The notes under the pieces: model-generated
What the model was told of the DNA's origin: nothing
Database searches by the model: none
Seen by the model: the letters and a program-made list of their open reading frames with translations, nothing else
In this document: positions 1-11,100 of the stretch, in pieces
How positions within the stretch are numbered: the first letter of the stretch is position 1
Layout: every line of letters starts with the position of its first letter
Translations under genes and position numbers: made by a program
Assembly (NCBI GenBank): GCA_918797485.1
Contig: CAKKNE010000005.1
Location: forward strand, 682,001-746,000
Reading direction: 5' to 3'
From: Pelagomonas calceolata
Taxonomy: Eukaryota
Length of the DNA: 64,000 nt

Positions 1-116
1 AACTCCGACCCGACGGCGTCAATTTCAAACTCCTGCTGCATGATCTCTTGCAAAGCGGCGGCGGGGCCCGCACTCTTCTGGGGTGTGGCCTTGCGGCCAT
101 AACCAAAAAACTCCAT
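1..116 (-). CDS. 5' end of a hypothetical protein running off the window edge
   Basis: ATG at 116 opens MEFFGYGRKATPQKSAGPAAALQEIMQQEFEIDAVGSE with no stop to position 1; divergent from the MAPK, with a CTAG element between them. Confidence 0.5.
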   Translation of the reverse strand, partial: MEFFGYGRKATPQKSAGPAAALQEIMQQEFEIDAVGSE

Positions 117-383
117 GCTGATGCCTGGGCAGCCCCTTGCTCTTGCCGCGCGCGGGGCAGCCGCAGCGCTCGCGACGGCGGTCGTGGCCGTCCCGGCGTG
201 TCGTTCCGGATCCGTGCGGCCTGCGCGACGCGTGAGAGTGCGCCTGCGGCTCACGGCTGCCTGCCAATTTTCATTTTTTGACACGGGTTTTGCCCGTTTG
301 CCTCCACCCGTTTGGAACCGCATCTGCCCTGCTTGATGAACACGAAGAACGCTACCCGGACGGTTGGCCGTCTTAGGACGAAT

Positions 384-403
384 GCTAGTGTCTTACAGCT
401 AGC
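384..403 (-). promoter_or_regulatory. Double-CTAG intergenic element
   Basis: gctagtgtcttacagctagc in a divergent gap. Confidence 0.6.
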
Positions 404-684
404 CCACTCCCAGCTGCGCCTTTGTCTTTCGCTCCCGATCGCCCTTGTTGGAGGCCGCTGCGACATATCCGTGGCTCGGTATACCTTCAAGGCTGATCCG
501 CTCGAAAACCGGTGCAGCGACGGCACCCGCACTCCATAAAAGGGCCCTCAAGTAGGAGGCCCTTTTGCTCGGTGCTCGCTCCCACGCGCGAGGCGCCGCG
601 CGTCAAAAGACGGCCAGCGCGCAGACGCCACGGGACCGTGCCCCGCACGGAGACCCGCCCGCGCCACCACAAGCACACCGAGGC

Positions 685-2143
685 ATGAGCGCCGCGACGC
701 CCCGAAGACTAGCCCAGCGCCTCGGCTGGACGAAGGCGAGCGACGGCAAGGGCGGCGACTGGGAGGCCTGCGGCGGCGCGGCGAAGTTCAACCTCGAGAA
801 GCTCGTTGGAAGAGGCAGTTACGGCCAGGTCTGCGCCGCCACTCAAATTAGTGATGGGAAGCAGGTCGCCGTGAAACGAGTGGTAGGAGCCTTCGACTCT
901 CGCAGGGACGCGCTGTGCATCATCCGCGAAGTGCGCATACTCGCAGCCTTGCCGCGGCACGACAACATCGTGAACCTCCTAGATGTGAGGACGCCGCTCG
1001 AAGACCCCAGTGATGATGCGGACGTGTTCCTCATCTTTGAAAAAGCAGCCACGGACCTGGAGAAGGTCGTGGCCTCGAACCAGTACTTCACGGGCGACCA
1101 CATCCGGTGGCTCTCGCTCGACTTGTTGCGAGGCCTGCGGTGGCTCCACAGCGCGGGCGTCGTCCACCGCGACCTCAAGCCGGCGAACACCGGTGTCCGT
1201 ATTTCAAGGGGAAGGGGGTCTGCGGCGGTTTCACGCCATCGACGCGCGTCGTCTCCAGGAGAGGAGGCCGTGGGTGGTCTCTTTTCCGATTTTGAGGCCG
1301 TTTTTGACTGAGACGGTTCCGTCCGCACAGGCGAACTGCCTCCTGGAGGTCAAGCCCGTCTCCTTGAAGATCTGCGACTTTGGTTTAGCGCGAACGCTAC
1401 CTCGACAACACTTACAACGTTCTGTGTCATTACGGGCGGCGGACGACGACGACGCGGAGTCGCCCAAAGTGTTGCATGCGCGGCCGCCCTTGCGGCGCCA
1501 GATGACCACGCACGTCGTGACGCGGTGGTATCGGGCGCCCGAGTTACTGCTGCGGGCGCCTCAATACAATAGTAGTGTCGACATGTGGGCTTGTGGGTGC
1601 GTCCTAGCTGAACTTTTGTCCATGGAAAAGGCGTCGGTGAAGTGTTATCTTGATAGAAGACCGTTGTTCCCCGGGGACGCGTCCGACCTGTCGCCGAGAA
1701 CGAGGGCGATCGAACCGGGCGACGACCAGCTCGCTACCATAGTCCGAGTCGTTGGTTGTTCAGTACAGGACGTGGCAGCTTTATCGTCTTCGACAGAGGT
1801 GGCTCAAAGACTAGAGGCTGCGAAACGGGCCGCCCCTACAGGCAGGAGGACCTTCGCCGCGCTGTACCCGGGCGCGGAGAAGGACGCCGTCGACCTGCTG
1901 GAGAATTTGATCAAGATGGACCCGGCACAACGGTACTCGGCGGATCAATGTTTGGATCACGCCTACCTGAAGCCGATCCGCGGTGCAAATGATTTACTGG
2001 CGCCGCCGGACGCGCTGGACTCCGTGGACCCCGGGCCGTCGCTAGGGTTACCGCAGATCCGGCGGTTGATTCGGGACCACGCTCGCGGATTTGCCCAAGT
2101 CGCGGAGGCCGTCGAGCCGGCGGCGAAGAAGCGGCGCACTTGA
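685..2143 (+). CDS. Atypical MAP kinase (CMGC), join(685..1182,1331..2143)
   Basis: GRGSYG, VAVKR, HRDLKP|ANCLL restored by removing a GC-AG intron, DFGLAR, TTHVVTRWYRAPE. Confidence 0.9.
1183..1330 (+). mobile_element. GC-AG intron, degenerate introner-like (148 nt)
   Basis: Direct repeat gcgaac at the intron start and at the start of exon 2; core cacgccatcgacgcg; ends gcacag. Confidence 0.65.
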
Positions 2144-2358
2144 GTACTTGACCCCGGACGCGAGGCTAGTGCCCCTAAGGACCGCTGTGTTTTATCACCG
2201 CGACCGTCGACGGCGTTGGGGGGGGCGCACGAGTCGTACAAATCTTACTCGCGGAGACCGCGTCTTCTTCTGTGCAGGGGTGATGGTGATGGTAGAAAAG
2301 GGGGGGGCGGTGGTTCATTCCGCGGCGAGCTCGGCCTTCGCCGCGTCGCGTGCGTTCT

Positions 2359-2535
2359 TACAAGGACGCCAGCGCCTCGCTCGACGATCGCCGCGAGGCC
2401 GTGTCGACGCTCGATGACACGGCGCGGGTCGCGCGGCGCGTGCTCGGCGGCTCACACCCTACCACAAAGGGAATTGAGGGCGAACTGCGAAACGCGCGAG
2501 CCGCGCTCCGCGCCCGCGAAACGCCGTCGGCGTAA
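2359..2535 (+). pseudogene. 3' fragment of a MYND/RING/TPR-family gene
   Basis: YKDASASLDDRREAVSTLDDTARVARRVLGGSHP...RAALRARETP matches the C-termini at 57714 and 58783; no ATG or upstream domains. Confidence 0.7.
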
Positions 2536-2568
2536 GACTGGGCGCGTAATATACCACAAACAATTACA

Positions 2569-3573
2569 TCACCGCCGCCGCAAAACCCCCACGACCGCCC
2601 CCGCCACGCCGGCGACGAGCGCCGACAGCGCCAGCGCGTCCACGGCGCCGGCGACGCGTTTTTTGGGAGACACGCGGCAGACGTAGTGGCCCGGCGCCAC
2701 GCGCTCCAGCGGCCGGTCCAAGGCGGCGACGACGGCCTCGCGCGCCCCGTCCAGCGCCGCGGCGACGCGGACCCGCGCGCCGGGCGGCAGCGGCACGACG
2801 CGCGTGTTTCCTGTTAAAACGACGGAGCAGACCTCGCGCACACCTAAAGACGAGGGCGACTCGACGACCCAGGGCCCGTTGAAGGGCACGTCGGCGTGGC
2901 AGACCTGCAGCACGCGCGACTCTGGAGACGTCTGAAGTCCGCGGCAGCCCGACGCGTCCGTGAAGAAGGCCACGTCCGTGTATAGTGATGAGCCGATGTG
3001 CACGGGCGGGAATAAGGGAGGAAACGCTCCCGAGGCAAAGCACACGAGCTCGAGCGGGCCCTCCGACAGGATGTCTGAGCGCATGCTCTTAAGGTCGAAT
3101 GCTGTCGTAGAGAAGGGCAACATATCTAAACTCTGGACGTCGCGCCCACCCACGAGCCCCGAGAAGTGCTTCCGGAACGTCGAGAGTCTAGCCCAGCCGC
3201 CCTCATATAGAGCCAAGTCGTCGAAGTCCAACAGAGCGTCGCGAAACCGCATGCGCTTCACCAGGGCCTCGAAGGCCTCCAGCGGGCAGTTCGGCGCCGC
3301 TAAGACGGCAGCGACCTTCGCACCGCTTGACGCCCCGGCGACGCCGTCCAAACGCTTGCGCAATTGGCGCGGCCCGCCGACGCCGTCCGCCAGTCCTAGA
3401 GCGACCCCAATCGACGCCGCCTCGCAGCCGAAGCCCTGGGAGAAGGCCGCGCTGAAGGTGTCCTTCTCGAGCCATTCGCGGAGCGTCGGCGCGTCTTCGC
3501 ATGAGGCCGTCGTGATTGTTGTAACGGCGGCTGCTTTACGGGCGAGGTGGCGGATGTTCTGGGCGAAGGCCAT
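2569..3573 (-). CDS. Patatin-like phospholipase
   Basis: GASSG nucleophile elbow, ASGAFPPLFPP, YTDVAF; hydrophobic C-terminus. Confidence 0.75.
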   Translation of the reverse strand: MAFAQNIRHLARKAAAVTTITTASCEDAPTLREWLEKDTFSAAFSQGFGCEAASIGVALGLADGVGGPRQLRKRLDGVAGASSGAKVAAVLAAPNCPLEAFEALVKRMRFRDALLDFDDLALYEGGWARLSTFRKHFSGLVGGRDVQSLDMLPFSTTAFDLKSMRSDILSEGPLELVCFASGAFPPLFPPVHIGSSLYTDVAFFTDASGCRGLQTSPESRVLQVCHADVPFNGPWVVESPSSLGVREVCSVVLTGNTRVVPLPPGARVRVAAALDGAREAVVAALDRPLERVAPGHYVCRVSPKKRVAGAVDALALSALVAGVAGAVVGVLRRR

Positions 3574-3761
3574 CGCTGTCGTCGCTCTGCGCGATGGCGT
3601 GCAGAGTGCGCAGCCTGCAGGCTGCTGCTTTAGGAGTCTAGGCGTGTGAGCAATGCACAAATGATAACGCAGCGCAGAGCACTGGTGTGAGCTTGCAAGC
3701 GTGTGCCAAATCTGATTGTTTTGAGCTGCGTGAGCCCAAGTCAGCTGTGAGAGCTCCGCTT

Positions 3762-3784
3762 GCTAGTATCTCTATAACGCTAGC
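3762..3784 (-). promoter_or_regulatory. Double-CTAG element, variant B
   Basis: gctagtatctctataacgctagc in a divergent gap. Confidence 0.45.
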
Positions 3785-4092
3785 CCGAATCGCACGAAAT
3801 CGCACGCCTTGTTTTGAGCCTTCCAGAGGAGTCCCGCGGGGAGCATCAGTGTTGCGCGCGCAATGCTCCAAGGCGGATCTAGGCCTGCCGACTTGGTCTG
3901 CAGCTCAGAGCCACAATCCGCGCGCGGTAAGCTAATTGATAAAGGTCTGCGCGTGAATACCGCACATTTCTTCTAACTTCACGGCGGGTCAGAGATTGAT
4001 TAGAGTTTTACCGCTCCTGATACCTTTTTGTAATTTTTTGGGCTCTCCCAATTTTTCACAATCGGGCCGCGGCGGCCGGTCGCGCGCGCCAG

Positions 4093-4560
4093 GTCTCCGA
4101 GGATCGAGCTACGGCGGCCGACGCAAACCGCTCCGATGCCGCGGCCGCGTTCTGTGCGCACGCCGCCGCTCTACGCGCGAACGCGGCGGCTTTGGGAGCC
4201 GCGACGTACGCGGCGCGGGCTCAAGCCCTGGCCGAGTCCGCAGGAAACGAGGCCACGCGCGAGACGCTCGCCACGGAGCTCGAGGCTGCTCTGGATGATG
4301 CGGACGCCTTGCGCGACGCGCTCCGCCGCCGCGCGCCGCCGCCGCGACCTGTCGCCGACCGGCGCTCCGTCTCGGCGCCAGTCGAAGCCGTCGCTTCACT
4401 CGAGGCCGACCTCGACGCGCTCCGACGGGACGTGGCATCTCTGCGGCCGCGCCAGCAGGCGTCGCGCCCCACATGGCTCCTCTTTGCCGCCGCGGGCGTC
4501 GTGCTGACGGCGTGGATCCTGACGCCCGAAGACCCCTACGCCGCGGCGCTCGCGAGCTAA
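4093..4560 (+). CDS. Coiled-coil tail-anchored membrane protein (last exon; 5' end unresolved)
   Basis: Open frame after a cag acceptor at 4090-4092; coiled-coil and C-terminal TM (WLLFAAAGVVLTAWIL); possible donor gtaagc at 3927. Confidence 0.5.
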   Translation, partial: VSEDRATAADANRSDAAAAFCAHAAALRANAAALGAATYAARAQALAESAGNEATRETLATELEAALDDADALRDALRRRAPPPRPVADRRSVSAPVEAVASLEADLDALRRDVASLRPRQQASRPTWLLFAAAGVVLTAWILTPEDPYAAALAS

Positions 4561-4580
4561 AACGAGCTAAACATGTCAAG

Positions 4581-5441
4581 TTACATTGGGTAGGACGCCC
4601 CCGTCAGCTCCTTCAGGTCGTCCCAGAGCTTCTTTCGGGCCGCGGGGTCCTTCGCTTCCCGGTTCAGACCCGTGCCCGCGCACTCGCCCGACGACCGCCC
4701 GTAACTCTCGTCCACGAGCATGTGGTAGGACCGCGTCGCCTGCGCGACCGGGATGCCGCAGCGGCCCCAGCCCGCAATTAGCATTTTCGTGTTGACCGTA
4801 CCGGGGTCCATTGTATGAATACAAAGCGAGGGCGGGTCGCCGTAGCGCGCGTCGAGCTCCATTGCGATCATGGCGCAGCAGAGCTTGGAGAGGGAGTAGG
4901 CGCGGTGCTCCGACCAGCGCTCGCACTGGAGGTCGTTCAACGCGTCCGCCGCGCCGGCCGACATCGACGACGTGACCAGGATGCGACCGGCGCCCGAGGC
5001 CCGGACGCGGTCGAGGAGCAGCGAGGTCAACAGGAAAGGGGCTAATACGTTGACGGCCAACGAGTACTCATTTCCCTCGGCCGTGACGACGCGTTTGCCG
5101 GTGTAGTCTCCACTAAAGGTTCCTGCGTTGTTGAGGAGACCGTCGATGCTGTCATAAGCTTCCGCGATCTCGGCGCCGAGACGCCTCACGTCTGCCATCG
5201 AGCTCAAATCGGCCACGAAGCCTCGCGCGCTCCCGCCGTTCTGCTCGACCTCGGCTACTACTGCGTCGACTTTCGACTTCGTTCTGCCGTGCACGGCGAC
5301 GTGGAGACCGTCCGCGCCCAGCTTCTGGGCGGTGAGCCTCCCTATGCCGTCCGTGGCCCCAGTTACGACGTAGACCTTGCTCGGTTTCGCGGCGGCAGCT
5401 ACGGTCGCCATCGCTGCGAGTCTTTGGGCAGTGATGCGCAT
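4581..5441 (-). CDS. Short-chain dehydrogenase/reductase
   Basis: TGATDGIG, NNAG, YSLSK, DPGTVNT. Confidence 0.9.
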   Translation of the reverse strand: MRITAQRLAAMATVAAAAKPSKVYVVTGATDGIGRLTAQKLGADGLHVAVHGRTKSKVDAVVAEVEQNGGSARGFVADLSSMADVRRLGAEIAEAYDSIDGLLNNAGTFSGDYTGKRVVTAEGNEYSLAVNVLAPFLLTSLLLDRVRASGAGRILVTSSMSAGAADALNDLQCERWSEHRAYSLSKLCCAMIAMELDARYGDPPSLCIHTMDPGTVNTKMLIAGWGRCGIPVAQATRSYHMLVDESYGRSSGECAGTGLNREAKDPAARKKLWDDLKELTGASYPM

Positions 5442-5601
5442 CTCTGGACAGCCGCACAGAGTGTTTTGCCGCCCCCAGCCGGCCGGAGAGCAAACTTGCT
5501 CTGGCTAAGCTGGCAGGCTGAAAAGAGCACCGGAGAACCACAGGGCTCGCTCAGTGCTAACAGAGGACAAGCCTGAACGTCCCATAAACTTTCCTCGAAT
5601 T

Positions 5602-6555
5602 ATGGCGACAGTACGGCTGCTAACCATGCTGCCACTCTGGTGGAGCCTCTGCGTAAGCAGTGCGCTCACGCCGGTACGGCTGCGAACGCTGCCACTCTGG
5701 TGGAGCCTGTACATAAGCAATGCGCTCACGCCGCAAGCCCTTCTCGCCGAATGGCAAGCGGCGAGGATCAAGTCGCTGGACGTCGACGCCTCGCGCTACC
5801 ACGCGCAAGTCCTTTTCGTGGACGACGACAACGCGCGCGCGCGCATGGCCGAGAGCTGCGCGGACGCGCTGGCCCATTGGGCAGATGCGGGATGGTGGAT
5901 CTATCCACATTCCTGCAGCCTCACAGAGGACCAGGCGCTCATCGAGAACCCGCGCCAAGAGGCAATTCTCACATCTCTCGGGTTCGACGGCACGCGGGTC
6001 ACCGCCGCCGGCGCGGCGCTCGCGAAGGAGGACCTGGACGCGTACGACCTTGTTATTTGCGCCGACGCGGCCGTCCGCGACGCGGTCCTGGCCCTCGGCG
6101 AAGAGAGCTACGAGACGTCCGTGCGTCTCCTCGCTGATTTTGCGACGGTCGCGGACGCGCGGTCGCGGGCGCTCTTCGACGGCCTGGATGTCGCCCTCGC
6201 GGAGCGCGCGCGCTCACGTCAGGACGGTGGCGAACTTGTGGTTGAGGGAGCCGACGCGCAGAGCGACCGCGACGGCTTCGACGCCCTGCTGGAATCGACG
6301 CTCGTTCTGACCGCGGCGCTCGTCGTGTTCCTCAAAGATTCGTTCGACGCTTCATTCACCGACAGCTTCAACGGCTTGTTGCGCACCCATTTCTACGACG
6401 AGCGCCACGTCGACGCACGGTGGGCGGACGCCGAGCCGGCGCTGCGCCGCCACATCGTCACCGGGGCGCTCGACCCACGCGAGCGCGAGCGCCTCTTCGA
6501 CGCCCACATGACCGGGCTTCGGCAAAGGCTTAGCGGCGACGGCGTTTCGTCGTGA
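5602..6555 (+). CDS. LMW protein-tyrosine-phosphatase-fold protein, probably inactive
   Basis: VLFVDDDNARARMAE at the P-loop position; DLDAYDLVICAD; signal-like N-terminus. Confidence 0.55.
   Translation: MATVRLLTMLPLWWSLCVSSALTPVRLRTLPLWWSLYISNALTPQALLAEWQAARIKSLDVDASRYHAQVLFVDDDNARARMAESCADALAHWADAGWWIYPHSCSLTEDQALIENPRQEAILTSLGFDGTRVTAAGAALAKEDLDAYDLVICADAAVRDAVLALGEESYETSVRLLADFATVADARSRALFDGLDVALAERARSRQDGGELVVEGADAQSDRDGFDALLESTLVLTAALVVFLKDSFDASFTDSFNGLLRTHFYDERHVDARWADAEPALRRHIVTGALDPRERERLFDAHMTGLRQRLSGDGVSS
5611..5733 (+). repeat. Tandem duplication (63 + 60 nt) of the N-terminal targeting segment
   Basis: gtacggctgc...gctgccactctggtggagcct...gcgctcacgccg occurs twice. Confidence 0.85.
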
Positions 6556-6598
6556 TGTGTGATATCTGTCCTAAAGTATGTGTGATTCATGTTTCGGA

Positions 6599-6618
6599 GC
6601 TAGCGTATCGACACTAGC
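6599..6618 (+). promoter_or_regulatory. Double-CTAG element, variant B
   Basis: gctagcgtatcgacactagc in a tandem gap. Confidence 0.55.
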
Positions 6619-6750
6619 TTATGGCGCTTGGGGCGGGGAGGGGTCCCGCAAGACCGCGCGCAAAACCCGTCGGTTAAGCTGAGGCTAGCGCTGGCTAGGC
6701 GCTGTGCTTCAGCCGTCGGGCAGCCTCACGACGGAACCAGGCAGCATACC

Positions 6751-8001
6751 ATGGAGGAAGAGGCACCAGCGACCGAGCCCGGCGAGGAGACGTGCGAGGC
6801 GGCGCCCCTCGTCGTCGACTGCACTGCCTTAACAAATGAGACCCTGCGACTAGCCTTAAAACAATGGTCCAGCGACGAAGAGCGAGCGGCGTTGCCGCCC
6901 ATGGCGACCTGGAACACGAGCGCGGTGACGAACATGTCGGCGCTGTTTTGTGTGCGCGAGGACTGGATGGAGGGCCGGCCCGAATGGGACCGCTGCGTCC
7001 TCTCAAAACTCGACGCCGGCTTCGACGAGGACATCAGTGCGTGGGACACGTCTCGCGTGACAACGATGGACCGGATGTTCAGCGGCCAGGCTGCATTTAA
7101 TCAATCAATTGGATCCTGGCGCGTCGATAATGTTGTGGATATGCGCTGGATGTTCCACGGCGCCTCGTCTTTTAATCAAGACCTTAGCGGCTGGAAGTGC
7201 GACAACGTCACGGATATGCACTCGATGTTCAACGGCGCCAAGGCGTTCAACCAGGCGATCGGCAACTGGGACGTGTCTTCTGTAACGGATATGAGCTGCA
7301 TGTTCGCTGGCGCCGCGGCGTTCAATCAGGAGCTGGGCGACTGGCGGGTCGACAAGGTCGAGGATACGAGCTACATGTTCTGGGAGGCGTCGTCGTTCAA
7401 CCAGCCGCTCGGCGCAGTGTCGAAATCAAGCGCGGAGAGTAGACGCAGTACAACATCGCATCGATGGCGTGGGGCGCCTGAAATTCGATTTCCACGCAGG
7501 CTCGGCGACTGGAACGTTGAAAGCGTCACGGACATGAGCTGCATGTTCTGCGGCGCCGCGTCGTTCGACCACCCTCTTGAGGCCTGGAAAGTTGACAACG
7601 TGACGAGTATGCACGCGATGTTCAACGGCGCTTCGTCGTACAGGCACCCGCTCGCGGAATGGAGGATCGACAACGTCACAAATATGGGCCACATGTTCGC
7701 TGGTGCCTCGGCGTTCATTCAACCCCTCGGTAATTGGAAATTGCGACCAGGCTGCCAGACTACATCCATGTTTGCCGCGACAGATTTCAATAACAGTCGT
7801 CCCGTCGAGTCGGAGGCGCCGGCGCCGGCGCCCGCTTCACTAGTTCCTGAGGCCGAAATCGCGAACGGGCTGCCGGACCCCGCGGGAGCGGCCGACGCCG
7901 TCGAGGCCGCCGTCGCGGTGGCTCACGCGGAGATCGCGGAGGCGCGGCGCACGGGCGCGTTAGACGAGGAGGCGGCAGCAGTCGCGTGGGCTGCTGCATA
8001 A
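6751..8001 (+). CDS. DUF285 (bacterial surface-repeat) protein, join(6751..7406,7500..8001)
   Basis: 25-aa repeats W-x-V-x-x-V-T-D-M-x-x-M-F-x-G-A-x-x-F-N-Q; one repeat interrupted by an in-frame introner. Confidence 0.85.
   Translation: MEEEAPATEPGEETCEAAPLVVDCTALTNETLRLALKQWSSDEERAALPPMATWNTSAVTNMSALFCVREDWMEGRPEWDRCVLSKLDAGFDEDISAWDTSRVTTMDRMFSGQAAFNQSIGSWRVDNVVDMRWMFHGASSFNQDLSGWKCDNVTDMHSMFNGAKAFNQAIGNWDVSSVTDMSCMFAGAAAFNQELGDWRVDKVEDTSYMFWEASSFNQPLGAVSKSSAESRRSTTSHRWRGAPEIRFPRRLGDWNVESVTDMSCMFCGAASFDHPLEAWKVDNVTSMHAMFNGASSYRHPLAEWRIDNVTNMGHMFAGASAFIQPLGNWKLRPGCQTTSMFAATDFNNSRPVESEAPAPAPASLVPEAEIANGLPDPAGAADAVEAAVAVAHAEIAEARRTGALDEEAAAVAWAAA
7407..7499 (+). mobile_element. Introner intron (93 nt, GC-AG)
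   Basis: Perfect 8-bp TSD gctcggcg (7407-14, 7500-07); ends cagtgtcgaaatc / gatttccacgcag. Confidence 0.85.
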
Positions 8002-8198
8002 TATATCACTGCGAAAAAATCTGCTTTGCTTAGAGCTAGGCCGCCTAGCCACCACGACCGCCGCGGGGTCTGCGTGACCGCACGCCCGCCCCGCCCCCGG
8101 CCCTCCGCGCCCGCCGTCGCCCGGAGTGTTAGCTCGGAAGCGACGACTACGAGGGGGGAGCAGACCGGACGCCGGAATCTCAGGACTTTATGGAAGCA

Positions 8199-11100
8199 TT
8201 AATCAGCGGGACCCTGCGACAGCGGGCTCATCGCCCCGCTCGGCATCGCCGACGGCTGCACGTAGGGCTCCGCGATCGGCACGTCCTCGAAGTCGTCCTC
8301 CTGTTCGGGCGGCGCGAGGCTGATCGGGCGCAACGCCCCTGGTCGTCCGTTCGGGTACGACGCGAGCACCAGTTGGTTCGGGGGACTGTCGAACGTGCGC
8401 TTCACAAGATTTGGATCGTACGGCGGTGCCGTGAAGCCGGGTGTGGTCGCCGTCGCGGGCCGTCCCTGGGTCGTCATCGCACGTGTTTGACCAGGAAATA
8501 GCACGGGCTGGGTGGTGGGTCCCCTTATGGTCGACAGCTTCTCCACGTCCTGTATCGCCAGTCCCAGGACGGCCGCCGAGGCGGCACTCGCGGCCCACTT
8601 AGCTGCGTTTTTTAGTTCAGCGGGCTCCATGCCAGATTGCACTGATGTCAAGTCGGCGTCCATCGACTCCGTAACACTTTGGGCAATCGCGCTGAAGATC
8701 TCCTTGGCCGCGTCGGGCCTGATTGCCGTTGCGGTGGTTTGCGCGACCGTGCGAGGCCGCGCCAAGGTGGTAGACCGCCCGAGCGTCGCGGACGTGGCGC
8801 CGGGCGGCAGTCCTTTTTGTGGTAAAGTAGCATCATGCAAAAACGCGTTGATCCGCGCGCCGCCGCCGGCCTTGGCCACCTTCTCCAGGCGTTTTTCGCA
8901 TTCGTCGATGGAAGCTTCCACAATTCGAATGACGTCCTTCCGGTTGAGCTTGCGACTGACTTCCCCATGTATTCTCTCAACTAAGAGAGATAAAGCAGCC
9001 CCATCACCGCAGTGCATTCTGAGAGTAGCGTCGAGCTTCCGCAGGAGCATCTTCACGCGCGCCTCATCAGGTTTTTGATCCACAGCGGTAGCTAATCTAT
9101 TCAGCCGTTCCTCGAACCAGCCGCTCCGACACAACTCGCTCCTACAGAAGTCCCAGAGCTCCTTTTCGCGCTTCTTCTGATCGTTTATTAACAGAGGCAC
9201 ACCATTATCAACTTTATTGGCCGTCGATAAAGCTTCGTTGGCGGTCTTCTCCACCGCCGAGACCCTCTCACCTAAAACACCAGACCCCTTGAGCATGTCC
9301 CTCGAAATGACTTCTAAAGCAGCGGCCATGCGCGCGTCCACCAGACTTTCGGCATTCTCGCCCGCGAGAGCTACTGACTTTGCTGAGTAGGACGCGGCGG
9401 CGGCGACGGCCGCGTCCCTCGCCGTAACGGCGTCCTTGGCCCTCTCTTTACTCTGGGCCTTGTCCTGCTTCCGTCTCTCTGCAGACTCCTGCCGTAGTGC
9501 GGCGTCGCGCGCGGCCACAGCTTCTTTGAGTGCTGCCTCGAGCTGTTCGATGCTCGTCGAAAGTTCATCGCACCTTGAGCGCGCCGTCGAGTCCTGCGTC
9601 TCGGCATCCACAAAGTCCACGGCCCGCTTCACGCCCTCGGACATGACGAAATTGTCGTCCTGTGCAGTGACCAGGTTGATCGTCGCTAACGACTCCATGA
9701 ACTTCCTCTGCAGGGCCCGCTCGTCGACCTTCTGCGGCGCGTTCCCGATTAGGCCCAGTCGAGCCGCATTTTCCGCGACCAAGTCGAGGATGTTCTGCGC
9801 GAACGCGTCGTGCTTGACGGCCGTCAGCGTGGCCACGGCCTCCGTTTGCACACTTAAGTCATCATTGAAACCCTCTATCGTTGTTGAGAGGCCGCCGAGT
9901 TGCTTGTCGACCATCGACACCTGTTCACCTAGCGCCGTTTTTGTGCTGTCGATCTTCTCATCTATCAATGCTTTACTGGAGGCGATCTCCGCGTTGAGCT
10001 GCTGCGACTTTTGGTTCAGTGAGTCGTGGAGCTGCTCCTTCGCGATGCCCAGGGCTTCGTTCGTCGTCCCGATGCTATTCTCGACCTCGACCACCCTTCC
10101 TAATAACTCTTGCAGCTCCGTCGAGTCGCGAGCCCGTTGCGCCTCCGCATCCAACGCTTCGAAGTGCGCTGCATGACCGGCGACCGTCTCCTCCAGCGTT
10201 TCGACGCGTTTCGTCAGTGGTTGATCATTGTACGGGGGAGCGCCCTCGCCGCCGGTCAGCCCCAGCCTCGCGGCGTTCTCCGCAACTAAGGTCAAGATGT
10301 TCTCCGCAAACGTGTCGTGCTTCACGGCCGTCAGGGCTCCCAGAGCTGTTGATGTGACAGATAATTCATCGTTGAACTCTCCGATCTGTTCACCGAGCTG
10401 CGTCTTGGTCACATCGAGCTGCGTCTTCGTCGTGTCAATCTGGGAACCCAACTGCGTCTTCGTCACGCTTAGCTCGTCGTTGAACTCTCCCAATTGTTCA
10501 CCTAAGGCTTGAGATTGGGCCGCGAGCTCCGCAGATCTTTGTTGGGCCTCGGCTAATTGCTCCCTGGCAATCCCAAGCGCTTCGTTCGTCGTGTCGATGG
10601 AATTCTCCGCGGCCGCTACTCTATCGAAGCACCGTTCCAATTTTTGACTCAAAGCTTGTAGTGCCTCGCCCGAATCACCTGAGACAACCACGGGCGCCTC
10701 CTGGTGCTCCAAATAGTCAATGTGCGTCTTGAGCTCCATCATCGTCTTCTCCATGTCCGCCAACCGATTGGCGACGGAATGCCGAGGGGCACATCTAACG
10801 GAACAGCCGTATTTGTTGAGTTTGCGTTTCGACTTGATGTAGTCGAAGGCGCGGTGCCATCGTTGCATGGCCGCTGGATTTCTAGGTGTCCCATCGGTCC
10901 TAAACCCGAACCCGAGGTCCTCGCCACTTTGTTCTCTAGCCGGAGCTGGCTTATCTTCCGCGCGCGCCTCAACTTTCTCTCGGTACGCGGCGCGTTCTTC
11001 TTCCTGCTTCGCCAGTCGTTGTTGGTTGTCCGCGAATCCTGATAAATTGTGCGCCAACGCGTCCAATCGCGACTCGATGGTCACGAGCCGAGCTTCTCTT

